A stretch of DNA of 63,739 bases, the filler included, from Perkinsus chesapeaki ATCC PRA-425 (taxonomy: Eukaryota > Protista > Perkinsozoa), in NCBI GenBank assembly GCA_013115145.1. It is 10 parts of 10 records of this genome, joined end to end, with 100 filler letters (N's around TTAATTAATTAA, not from the genome) between each part and the next. Parts side by side here need not be neighbours in the genome. Positions count along the whole stretch, not along the records: positions 22,224 to 26,897 come from JAAPAO010001242.1; positions 26,998 to 31,746 come from JAAPAO010001229.1; positions 31,847 to 35,556 come from JAAPAO010001370.1; positions 35,657 to 41,072 come from JAAPAO010001162.1; 6 more parts are not named here. The stretch is one strand, 5' to 3'. The position numbers were made by a program, and so were the translations under genes. Each line of letters opens with the position of its first letter. Position 1 is the stretch's first letter. This document shows, piece after piece, positions 24,500 through 36,112 of the stretch. The notes under the pieces were generated by a model. It ran no database searches. It saw only the letters and a list, made by a program, of their open reading frames with translations, and was not told where the DNA came from.

Positions 24500-24750
24500 A
24501 AGTGTACGAACACTTGTGTGTACGACTTTGAGATGAACGAAATCAAACTGAACCGAATTTTAGTGTACGACATAAAAGTGAACGAGATTTTTGTGTACTG
24601 CTTGGCCCTGAACCAATTTTTGGTGTATCACATTTTGTCGACAGAGATTTGAGCGTACGGGAATTTGGTGTACCAGTTAAAAATCAAAAATTCGGTGTAC
24701 GAGTTTCATGTGTACCTAATTTATGTGTACCAATCGTTATACACCCACGA
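24500..24750. repeat. Degenerate ~15-bp periodic array (core GTGTAC/GTGAAC), probable MULE subterminal/TIR array
   Basis: Core recurs near 24502, 24517, 24533, 24549, 24563, 24579, 24593, 24609, 24623, 24653, 24668, 24695, 24710 and 24725, downstream of the transposase. Confidence 0.7.
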
Positions 24751-24904
24751 AATCTAGGAGGATTCCTTCTGTTATTTCATCTTGGTTAGCTGGGAATGAT
24801 ATTTGGGAAACTTAGCAGTGACTGGAGTGGACTATTTAGCGTTGGTGGTCCTCGGGACCCATAAGTTATTAGTCTCTTCAGTTGTTGTGATTTCAAGTAT
24901 CACC

Positions 24905-26737
24905 ATGAGTTTTCCAACTACTTTCTTCGTTGGTAACATCCCCACTTCGGTTGATGTTGTTCCGGCCCCTGACCTTGTACATGGTCCTCGTAGATGGTTG
25001 GCTACTACCAGGCCACATTGGTCTTACTTCATCTCCTCAAGCTACCAGACGGATCCTGAGAAATTCCATCTATATCAGGATCTTGTTGTCCCTCAAGCTA
25101 GGGGTTACGTTCGTGGTACTGTTTATTGCAATGTGGCGGTGATGTATCGTTCTGGTTTGGAAAAGGGCTTGTGGGACTGGCTTAACAAACAGCCTATCCC
25201 ACGCAAGGAACGTAAGGAAAAGGAGGCCTTTGTTCGTGCTGTTATCGATGACGCTATCTGGCCTGTTATTGATATCTGTGGTAGCACTCCTGGCCCCTGT
25301 CCTTACGAGCATGACATCGCCCACATGGGCCAGAAGTTTTGGAGTATGTTGGAGTCTGATGGGAACGAGGTGCCTTCAAACTTCGTAAATTATGATGATT
25401 CCAATTATCGTATTCCTTACTCTGATCCAGGATTGATATATGATCCATTAAGTGGTTTTCCTGTTGAAGAAGCCTTCCCCTTGGGGGAAATGGCTGATTT
25501 AGATAGTGAAGAGTCTCTGAATCGTTTATATTTTATGGGGGCCCAGTTATTATGGGGTCGCTCAGCGTTTGAACATGTTCCTCGTAACATTTCTTTTTTA
25601 TTTCCGCCGCACTCTGCATTTAGGCCATCTACTTTGGCTTTTGATTTTACGTTATTACAACGTTCTTATCGTTTCTATTGTTCTGAGTGGCCATCTCTAA
25701 ATTACTATGATGTGTTAAATTTTACTCTTGACACTCATTTGGATTTATCCTCTTTAGATGTGCTTCTAGAGAACTTTCTGAAACGCTGGGTTCCTGTAGA
25801 TCGTGCCTTGCAGGGTGCTTTTATTTTCGCAGCTGATCTTAACCTCGGCTGCTTTAGCCATGGGCTAAACCTAGGCCGTAGGTATAGGAAGTCTGGGAGC
25901 GCTACAGAGTCAGCCATACATTTCTGTGGTGACCAATGGTCATACCTTTTTTCCGATGTAATGTTCAGTGACTTGTACATTGCTGTCGGTTGTGGTGAGA
26001 AAGGTAAATTCTACTCGGCTCTCAATGATACCTACGTGCTTATGGCTTCATTGCTGCCTCGTTCTATGGGCTTGTCTCCTTCAATGAGTTACCTTTTGCA
26101 TAAGGCAAGTTTTGGCACTGCTACTGATACTGATTATGAGATTATTGGTGACTTCTTCGAATTCCTATTTGGGATTCTGGTTCTTCAAGGAAGTGGTGAT
26201 ATCATCAGTCTTATGGTGTCTGCCTTGGTTCTCATTCAAGGTGTCAAGAATAGCACCAAGGAGCTTCAGCTTGCCGTGTTGCCCGATTTCTCTGTTGACA
26301 TCGAAGATCTACGAGTTCCTGCTCAAAGACTTGGTTTATCTCCGCCTACTTCCTCTTTGAAGAACTATGTGTTGGGTCTCCGCAGCAGTGCTAAGCCCCA
26401 AGGATGGAAACGTCTTTCCGCCTTAGGCTCTAAATCGTATTCATCCTTCTATTCCTTCGACTGGAGAACATGCGGCCACCCAGATCATCGAGTCTATTCT
26501 TTATTCCGCCGAATGAAGAATTTTAGAGGATATATTCTATATTTTGACGGTTCGACCGTTAAAGATCGGCCCACAGAAGGCCGTCATAGAAGACGGATTA
26601 GGGAATCTGATTTCCGTAAAGTTATAGACTCATCTTTGGCTAAGTTTGTCCACAGCAAGGAGTGCAGGCAGCTGATGAAGAGATTTTTCCCTACATTTGC
26701 TAGTAATGTTGATATTTCTGATACTATTCAACCTTAG
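24905..26737 (+). CDS. Intronless ~610-aa protein with two tandem divergent RNase III-like motifs (candidate minimal Dicer-like)
   Basis: Long ORF, first ATG at 24905. NRLYFMGAQLL (~25520) and SAIHFCGDQWS (~25910) resemble ERLEFLGDAVL. EIIGDFFEFLFGILVLQG (~26140) matches the ADxxEAxxGAxxxDxG motif about 73 aa after the second GD. Confidence 0.6.
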   Translation: MSFPTTFFVGNIPTSVDVVPAPDLVHGPRRWLATTRPHWSYFISSSYQTDPEKFHLYQDLVVPQARGYVRGTVYCNVAVMYRSGLEKGLWDWLNKQPIPRKERKEKEAFVRAVIDDAIWPVIDICGSTPGPCPYEHDIAHMGQKFWSMLESDGNEVPSNFVNYDDSNYRIPYSDPGLIYDPLSGFPVEEAFPLGEMADLDSEESLNRLYFMGAQLLWGRSAFEHVPRNISFLFPPHSAFRPSTLAFDFTLLQRSYRFYCSEWPSLNYYDVLNFTLDTHLDLSSLDVLLENFLKRWVPVDRALQGAFIFAADLNLGCFSHGLNLGRRYRKSGSATESAIHFCGDQWSYLFSDVMFSDLYIAVGCGEKGKFYSALNDTYVLMASLLPRSMGLSPSMSYLLHKASFGTATDTDYEIIGDFFEFLFGILVLQGSGDIISLMVSALVLIQGVKNSTKELQLAVLPDFSVDIEDLRVPAQRLGLSPPTSSLKNYVLGLRSSAKPQGWKRLSALGSKSYSSFYSFDWRTCGHPDHRVYSLFRRMKNFRGYILYFDGSTVKDRPTEGRHRRRIRESDFRKVIDSSLAKFVHSKECRQLMKRFFPTFASNVDISDTIQP

Positions 26738-27771
26738 TTAAAACCCTGAGGGGGAGTTGTCTGTTCTCGTTTGACTGACTCCAGTCTACACTGGGGGGGT
26801 ATGTTATAGTTTAGAGAGTTACGTTGTACGGGAATTGAATCGGTGGTCGTAGATAGGTGTAAAGGCGTATGGTGTGATGGTGTAGAGGGGGATCCTANNN
26901 NNNNNNNNNNNNNNNNNNNNNNNNNNNNNNNNNNNNNNNNNTTAATTAATTAANNNNNNNNNNNNNNNNNNNNNNNNNNNNNNNNNNNNNNNNNNNNGGA
27001 GCATCCTGGCCCTGCGATACCTTATCGGAGCGTTCTAGCAGAACTTACTCCTGATCCAGGTATCGCCTCTCCCCAAGCTCCCGGAGAGGAAAGCGGTTTT
27101 ACGGGTAGGCCTCTACTTTTTCCTACCCTAGATCGACTCTAGAGGGAAACTTACATTCTACAGTAGTTTCGGTATCGACTTCACGCTACGACCCGACCAT
27201 GGCGGTGCCTGACCCGACTCCTGGAAAGGAACTAGACCCTCCAGGGTAGAGAAGCTACTGTGACATGGCTTCGATGGTATTGTTTGTACATGAACTTGAT
27301 CCGGGATGATCTGACAACGCTGAGGACCCCTCACTGAAGAGCTTCACCGGTAGCTGCCCCGGTAGCGATTACTATCGTGTATTTAAGGGTGCAACATATT
27401 GCTAACTCATCACCATTGCTAATTTAGCGGCTAAACTCTAATATAAACAATCGAATCTGTCTCGTGCTAAAACAGAAGCGCACGATGTGTACTAAAGTTG
27501 CTATGATGATGAGTGTGATAGATTTCACTCGCGCAACGGACTGCTGTCAAAACCCTGCTGTACAACATGTTGAATGGGTGATATGGTTCGTTTCATTGGC
27601 ATTGACGAAAACTCGGAACAGCATACTAATTACATAATAACGGAAACCGTATTGTAACGGAAACATAGAGGGAAAATATGAGATGATAGCGAGGGAAAAA
27701 GTCGAAGCTTCCAGTGCCTATCCGGCAAACAAAGCTGTCTTCCATTCACTTCTTAATCAACTCCGGAGCAA

Positions 27772-30700
27772 TCACAAGTAGAAAAGGGTCTCCTTGAGTC
27801 TCGGATGCGGTGCTGAAATGACACCATAAAACGATCACGGAATGTGGACATCACTCACCTTGGAATACAGCTGTCCCCATCAGATGCGCTAATTTCTTGG
27901 CGTATTGAGCGGGTGCTGGAAGCCGAATACCTCCTGGGAAGTTATAGTAGAGGAAAGCTAATTTGTATGTCAGCGTCTGTATGGCCTCAACTGGGTAACT
28001 GCCGAATGGTATTCTCCCCCACCACCTTCATTGACAACTTACCCGGTATCATCGTAAGCCACTGTGTAGTGTGTTGGCGAGGCGCTTCCCCGTGACACAT
28101 GCTGATTAACTAGGTAAAAGTTGTACGTACCGCCTGTAACCGCGCCGATACCGGTTATAGAAGTATCGATGACAGTGCCTGAGACGAATACAGCCTGTCC
28201 CACAGAGGAAACCATAGGAATTGCTCGATGCTAAGATGCCTTCAGTTCAGAGGATTGCTAGTTCCTCAACTTACCAGAAACAGGATTCCGTAGGCCATGA
28301 AAGTGACCAGATGAAGATGTTGATTTCCCCGACGCCTGAGTTAGGCGAATAACAATAAGCATACGACTCTTGAAGCCTTCCTCACATTGCTGGATGATGT
28401 CTGCGGTGAGGACTGTGACTCCACCGGCAGGAAGAACCGAGCTTGAACGTTCTGCGTGCACAGTATGTACCTGAACACATTCACTTCACCATACCCAGCA
28501 GGTATGGTTACGTAAGCCTGGGGCAGTATAGTGATGGCCTGGCTATAGTGGCGTCATCATCCCACTCCGCAGCCGAGGTCTCCGAGAACGCTTCTTGAAC
28601 CTGCACCGGGTTAATGCGTTCAAGCTTTGACTCCACCAACTGAGGCACCAGCCTACAGCTTTCACTTCCAAGGCCCCAACTTCCTTCATGTCGTTCATGG
28701 ATACTGAGGCTCGATACACTACAACTCGCGTAGGCAATATACCTTCGTTGCTGTCACCGAAGTAAAGTAGCGCTTCTGAAGAAGGCGATCATTAAAATAT
28801 GCTACTACCACTCGAGCTACCTTTCATGCACTCCTTAATGGCTCTAGCGACATTCGCTGCTCTGCGTTCTTTATTCGACGAAGTTGAAGGCGTACTGCCA
28901 TTGGGGGGCGCTGAAACTAACAAGCTTGATTAAACAGCTATAATTTAGAGGGAAAGTTCCACCACAGATTTCAATACATTTTATTGAAGAAACGTACAAA
29001 ATGTGGACGAAGATGAACCTCAGCTTATCTCTAGATTCTACATTGAGCTCGCTGGGGGAGGCCGATTAAAATCGAATGTCTTACGTTAAAGTAAGCATGA
29101 ACCTTAACGACCAGAGCTATGATAGTCGAGACGCGCCACTGGTGTGACACTGATAGGTATATGGTATATCGTATTGAGCTTGAAAGTTTAATCAAAGAGA
29201 CGTACGAAATTCCATTAATGAATTAAATATAGCTAAGAATTTAGCGGCACTGTTGGGAGACCTTTCGACTTCAGGCTAACGGTGCGTCACTCACTTGTCT
29301 GACTGTGTTCAGAGTAACGTTGGTCTCCGCGGTCACTGGACATGGCCGATACATCGAATTGATCAGACTCCAGCGGCACCGCCTGAAAGGAATATCAGCA
29401 CCGTCCACTGAACCATCATACACCGCCTCACCTTGCTAAAGTATTGGCTGGAAGCCGAGTCCAACGAGCAAACAAAACCCAAAACCGCGCGCCTGAAAAT
29501 GACTGTTCTACCCAACAAGATTCTTCAGCATACGCACCTTGTCTCCTTCGCAACAGCAGTGTCTATTCCGACTAGCATACAGGGCTCGTTCATCATCGGT
29601 GTTAAAGATGTATGAAGATCGATATGCCACAAAGGTCCCAGGAATTTGGCGGATATCTGATACACACCGCTATTAGCTACAATGTACTGGCGCACACCGT
29701 GGTCTTACCTGCATAATAATTCTCGTAACAATCGCGACAATACTTGTTCTTTTCCTCATGGTCTCACTTCGCACCACTTGAGTAATGCACGGCCGTTCAA
29801 CAGTACACACTTGTTTGAATAGCTGATAAACCCTTTTGCAGTCCTGACAATCTTATCTATTCTGTGTCTCTGCCACTGCCTGGCTCACCTTCACCGGCGT
29901 GAACAGCATCACCAGCTGCGTGTCCACTTTCACTTTCTCCAACAGAAGGGGACGAAGCTCAGTTAACTGATTCGTGCACACCAATCGCTCAGGCTCCGCA
30001 ATATGCGTGGCGAAACCCTGATGAACACTATTTCTATTTCCAAGACCGCGCAGTAGTTATTCACTTGAGCGGCCAGTTCCTTCATGCTCCTCAGCCACAT
30101 ATCGACCAGACCGATGTCCGACTCTGGAAAAATCAGTATCCAGTTAACCTGAAGCCATAGACTTCAGTCTTACATCCGTGAATCGGGGAAAACACACGCG
30201 AAGACTAATAATATATCATTATGAATTTTTCGTGAGATTGTAGTTGAATCGGTTTTGCGTGAAACATGGAGAAACAAGCCGATCAAATCTTAATCGTCGA
30301 CCCAAGCCTGGAGCGCACAGCCTGCTCCTGGCAGTACTGTGCGGAAGTCTCACCAAGTTGACAGGGCACTGGGCACCGTTTCTCGTCCATCGCTGGAAAT
30401 TACCATCCTCCACGGTATATCTCTTCATACCAAAGGACACTTCAACAGGATCCATCATACGCCCTTGAACTTCGATCGGTCTGTGCAATAATGCCGTACC
30501 GCGTATAAGACTGTCGAAACTTACTTGTCGGATACAGTGCACTTCCAATCCTTGAGAGCTCTGGAAACTTTGCGCGCTCCCTCAGCAGCTCTCTTGTCTC
30601 TGAAAATTATTTCACTAATGATCGCGATTTCGGTCAGCTCACCGCTCCTCCGTTTCCCCTCGAAGTCGGCGCACAATATCCACACAAGCGTTCATACGCT

Positions 30701-31590
30701 CATCGACCGTACAGCGCGAAAGCTGCAGGACTTCTTGCATCAGCAACCTGAGGAGAGATATGCGACAAAGCGAGCAGCATGTTATCAGAGCCGACCTGTC
30801 CTTGCGCATCTCCTCGGTGAGTCCGGTGAGGGCGCAGAACTCCGGTACCATGAAGACTTGTTCGCCTTTCCTTTCGCTGTAGCATTCCAGTAGAGGCTGG
30901 TCGGTATTCATAACCACCAAGTTATACCATCTCCGCATAAACTAAAGCAAAAATGGGCCCCTCTCACCACACAGACCTACATCAACAAAAGATATGTGGT
31001 TGACCTTGCCGCTCTTCTTGTCCTTGTATGGGAACGTCGAATTAGGGCTCATATCGAACCTGAAGGACGCTCACTGGCTCTTACCCACCCACCGACCCAA
31101 CTTACCTTACACACTTCACACGATACATCCGCCTATTATGAAGGGCTAATATAATAGAGTTATCGCATCTTCGGCTCCATTCGGCAGCTGTAATCCAAAA
31201 ACCATTGATAGCGATGAACTATACCAATCCAAGAACCTACCTGAATCGATGGTCATAGCGTCCAGCCCTGAGCTCGCCACGCTCCCCCTGTCCGAGTCTA
31301 GTCCCATAGTCGCCAGTCGCCCCTGGAAAAACGGAAATGTCTGCAAGGCTCTTCGGCAAAGTCCCTCCCACCTCAGCAGTATGTCTGGTCACCGCTTGCA
31401 ACATTGCCTCGTGCTCTAATATACTTGTAATAGTGGATAAGATATCTTTGCGGTGCACTGCTCGGTATAGCACATCTATCCTCAGTTGATGACCGTAACC
31501 GGGCACATTACACACCGAACACGAGAAGCCAGAAACCACCTTGCACTGAGGAGGAGGGATCGCACAAACAAACGCTATACACTTAGAGCT
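27772..31590 (-). CDS. Piwi/Argonaute-family protein, multi-exon, 5' end lost at the repeat/gap
   Basis: PAZ: [45 protein letters not shown]: [20 protein letters not shown]: [71 protein letters not shown]. Ends ETLFYL*. Confidence 0.93.
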
Positions 31591-31600
31591 TCCAATAATG

Positions 31601-31746
31601 CCTACCAACATAGAGAGCATTAGTATTATAAGGGAGCCTAGTAACATAGAGAGCATTAGTATTATAAGGGAGCCTAGTAACATAGAGAGCATTAGTATTA
31701 TAAGGGAGCCTAGTAACATAGAGAGCATTAGTATTATAAGGGAGCC
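31601..31746. repeat. 36-bp tandem repeat, 4 or more copies, runs into the contig end (probably a Piwi intron)
   Basis: Unit cctagtaacatagagagcattagtattataagggag. Confidence 0.95.
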
Positions 31747-32815
31747 NNNNNNNNNNNNNNNNNNNNNNNNNNNNNNNNNNNNNNNNNNNNTTAATTAATT
31801 AANNNNNNNNNNNNNNNNNNNNNNNNNNNNNNNNNNNNNNNNNNNNGGCCTCAAAGGACAAGTATCTGGTTTATTGCTTTGCGCGTTTGAGTTGGTTACA
31901 GTTCTACGGAACAGCATAAGGGACCAGAAGGAAGGATTTTCCTTGAAAAGTCAACCTGCCCCGCCTTTTTATGTCCTAATCTAAAAATCGTGGAAATTGC
32001 CAGATCAAATTAGTTTTTATTGCTATATTTATTGCTTCAAACTTGTTGTCAAATTTGGTTTGGTACGTGACCCTCGAGTCTGATATGAAGAAAATCGAAT
32101 AGGCACTGTGCTCAGCACAGTGGTGGCGCATAAAGTGCGCCATCAGTATTCTACGGCGGCGTCGAAAGGCGCCCTCTACACAAGGGATTGTCTGTAGATT
32201 TTCGGATGTCTGTCGCCATGCATTGCTGCAATGGTGCAGTGATTGAGCGATGAAATTACTATTGCTTTACTCTCTGAGAAGGCTTTCCTTTTTCCGGTTA
32301 AAGCCCTTGTAGATTGGGCCCTTCTGTTACGTGATTTGTTGATATCTTAGTAATATGAGTATGCGTGGGAGTTGGTCCGCACGCAGGCGATAAGCGCCAT
32401 GATCGATTATCGCTTAGAAAAGCTTCAGACCAACTGAGTTATATCTTTAAGTTTTCCCCCATTCGGGTATAAGTGTCGAGTTGACAAACAACGCATAACG
32501 CTCGGCAGAACGCTGACATCCACGCGGGGCGCGGGTCTCCACCCTACTCCCCAGTGGCCATGGCTCCTAGGCCATCATAAATGTTGACTAATTTGAAATT
32601 TTCAAATTAGCAAATTAGTAATTTCTTTCAACCTAGTTGATTTCCCAATTGGGTTGTTGACGAGGTTTTACTACGTTTGACGTTGTTTGACCTACACAAC
32701 ACATGGTGTTCGTTAAAACAGGCTTAACCTCATGGGGAGCACCTTCAAAAGAATATACAATATATTTTACAGTATGAAATTGTGTTCGAGTAAACATACC
32801 AGTATCTAATGATAC

Positions 32816-33238
32816 CTAACGGGCCTTGAAGATATCAACCCATCGTCCTTCTTCATAGATCTTCAACTGGTTAACATCAGAGATAACCTTGTAAGTTGCG
32901 AAATCGTCCTTCTTAAACCTCTTTCCGTAGCATCTGAAGTTAAGGTATTCGAGAAACTCTCCATATACGGAGGCTGCATGAACATTGGCGACAACAAAAG
33001 TATCATCTGCTGATCTTTCCAACTTCAGGGGTTCCAAGGTCTTGTGCCAATCCATGCTGCCATCACAGTTCGCTTCAATCACCACGGTAGGCTTTGGCCC
33101 AGAAGAGTTGAAGTGGCACTTGATATTAATATAAGGGTCCGAAGCCCCTCCGTCAAACTCCCCGTCAGGGAAAGGCCAAGCGGGAGTGATAATGATTAGT
33201 TGGGTGAAAAATACAATGAGCAACATTTTTAATAACAA
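32816..33238 (-). CDS. Small secreted hypothetical protein (140 aa, 3 Cys), intronless
   Basis: ATG-to-stop ORF with signal peptide MLLKMLLIVFFTQLIIITPAWP and protein-like composition; no family recognised. Confidence 0.65.
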   Translation of the reverse strand: MLLKMLLIVFFTQLIIITPAWPFPDGEFDGGASDPYINIKCHFNSSGPKPTVVIEANCDGSMDWHKTLEPLKLERSADDTFVVANVHAASVYGEFLEYLNFRCYGKRFKKDDFATYKVISDVNQLKIYEEGRWVDIFKAR

Positions 33239-36112
33239 TGTGTAAAGTATGACACTTGACAGAGAATAGTAGTTATAGAATTGTTGTCTGTTGAGCTACT
33301 ATCGTTGCACCGTTCAATGTGCCTTTTGAACAGGGGGTTGTGACACAACCGTTCTGTAGACTGTCACAAACGTACGTCTGTAAGTCACAGTATGTAAGAG
33401 AACATCGAAGGTAACTGAGCCCAACTGGGGGATGCAGGGCCTCAAATGTCCTGGAATTCCCGACTACCAACTGCTTGTTATTCGTCAATGAGGAAGAGCA
33501 CAAGCAAAGGCTTACTTAGCTTACTCTCGCAACCTGCCAGTCGCAAGGGGAAGTAGCTGTGCACGCATGAAGGTTTTGGCGGGCGGCACACAGTGAATAA
33601 CTCTTTCCCCTCCGAATTAGAGAAGTGGCTCAGATAACACTGAGCTCAAGATAATGATTACGAATGGCGAGGTAATGATTCATTACTAATGAAGTACCAA
33701 AAACTGGAGCGAGCAAGGAAGTACAGTATCTCTCTCCTCCATAGGGTAGTTAGTTAAGGCTGTCGCTCGGAGTCAATCCAGGCTCAAAACAAAGTGCTTG
33801 CGCTTTGACGGCTTCTTCAGTATCATCGTAAGTTACGCTTCGTAACCAAGTAGAGTAACTCTGTGGTCAGGTGCGGTCTTCAATCAAGACTTGCGAGTTT
33901 ATGAAACGGATGAATCATTGAAACGAAAGCTCGCGCCAATGGCGCAGCACCATCACCAAAATGGTTCGGTGTTCTTCCAAAAAAAGCATATTCCCATAGC
34001 TTATCGGAAGGCTCTTATCGAAATATCTTTGGCTACATGACCCGCAGTCGGACTGATAAACTGTAGTGACCTGCAGTGGACCTGTAGTGATTATGACTCA
34101 GAGTAGTCTTGGCAAAGACTACGACAGTGTCGCCACGACACGGGCACTACACATCACTCAATAGGGTGCACAGTGAACACTGCACATATAAAAACCTACG
34201 AAAAAAAGGTCAAGAGCTGCTGGAGCCTGCTACAGGTTCAGGCTGAACCGTTCAGCCTCATCGTAGCCTACGATTCACGTGAAGCAGCTCTGCTCTTGGT
34301 AAGATCAAAGATGCAGGTCCTGAGGAAAGCGATATATTGAGTATCTGGTAAACGATCAGACGCCGTCTGATCGTCTGATCGTTTCAGGCACCCGTCGGGT
34401 GGCAAGATGTTCCACAATATTCTGGACTTGGTTCTACATGACCGATTCTTCCAGTGTTCACTTGGGGATACAGTCTGGGACATTCCGAATTTCGCGACGC
34501 ACACGGTGCAACATGCACCAGTTGTAGCGATCTTTTCTCTTCGCTGCGATTTCTCCTCAACTACTTACGACTGCTCAATGATACTTTAAGGGGTGAGTAC
34601 TGTATATGTTAGGTGTCAGATACTACGAGAGTTATAATCGAACTCTTCTATCTCGGGGTACTTCCCTAAGAAAAATTGTGATTTTTGGGCCAAAATTAAG
34701 GTGTGTATTCTAAGTTAATTTGGCAACTTTTGCCAAATTTCGTGCCGATTTCTCAGTTCTCAATAACCAGTGAGTGTTAGGCGCTGGAACTTCGGTGGTA
34801 TATTGAAGGCCATGTTAGAACGAGGCTCTCTGAGTTGGGGCACACAGTCGCAAATCTGGCAGGGAATGGTCACAAAAACGTGATATTCTAAGTTAGTTTG
34901 GAGGACTGTATCGTTGACTGAGTATCACGTTTGACATTGTGAGAAAATCATCTGGTCGTGTTCCAAATGGGAGGGTGGCTTCAATCTCGTCTACTATGCT
35001 AGTTTATCGAGAAACGTTCCCGGTGTTGTGTTAACAACTGAGTAGCAAGTGCGTTGGACCCGCAGTATGAGTAATTCCCTCGTTTGAGCCCACTAGTTGC
35101 ACGGCTGTGAGAGTCTTGCTTACTGGTATGAATTACGTCCCCAACAGGTTTTTATCTTATACAACAATCAAAAATCAGTCGATCTTTTAGCATTTCTAGC
35201 TTAGCAGGTCCATCTTGGAACCTCAGTTCATGGAAGATCACCGAAGTTAACTAAGCCCAACTGAGTACGTAACACGCCAAATGTGCTGGGAATCTCGAGT
35301 ACCTTCACAGCTTCTATGTCACGGCGCACACTGTCTATTTTGCGCATGCGTGTATGGGACAAGATATCCCGGACATCTACACGCTTCCCGCTTTGCCAAG
35401 ACAAACCTTCCGGTGAGGTTCTTGCGCTCTCTTCCACATATTCTAGTTTTGGCATCTCAGGTGATTACACATCAGTCCAGTGCGACCGTCTCGAGCAGCA
35501 GCGTTGAATGGCCAAGTCATTCTCATTCGGGTGGAGCAGATGACGTCGAAGCCCAGNNNNNNNNNNNNNNNNNNNNNNNNNNNNNNNNNNNNNNNNNNNN
35601 TTAATTAATTAANNNNNNNNNNNNNNNNNNNNNNNNNNNNNNNNNNNNNNNNNNNNCAACCATCCTAACATAATGCCAGGTTCTTGTGTTGATGAAACTA
35701 CTGTTACGTCTCGGGATGACTTGCTACATGAAACTATCGGCGGAGCGGAGCGATTCGTATTATCAGCTTTTGAATGGTCAATTAATCCCCGCTGGCCCGC
35801 GGCGCTGAGGTATTCTCCTAGTGTTCAGGCGATAATTGCGGTGCTTTAATACATTTTCGCCAAACTTTTGTAAAACGCTGTAGTCGCATGAGCTTGATAA
35901 AACGCTGAAATTTCTCCATCAGAAGAGGATTTTCGTTGCTAAATCGCTAGCGCTTATGCGCGGCGGCAGTTTCGATGTCTCACGTTGTTCGCCTTGCCTT
36001 TGTCCGAGCGACTGACCTATCTTGGTATCGGATATTGTTGTGGGCGTGCCGCGAGCTAGCTCGGTGTATTCTTGTAGAGCGCTTTTCATCCTCCTTGTAG
36101 TTACTTAGCATC

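Noticed and set aside
24335-24652. 105-aa ORF downstream of the transposase
   Set aside because: It overlaps the tRNA-like relic and the periodic array, and no domain is recognisable.
24905-31590. Dicer-like ORF and Piwi appearing side by side as an RNAi gene cluster
   Set aside because: They are separated by an artificial TTAATTAATTAA/N spacer (26898-26997), so they lie on different contigs and the adjacency carries no information.
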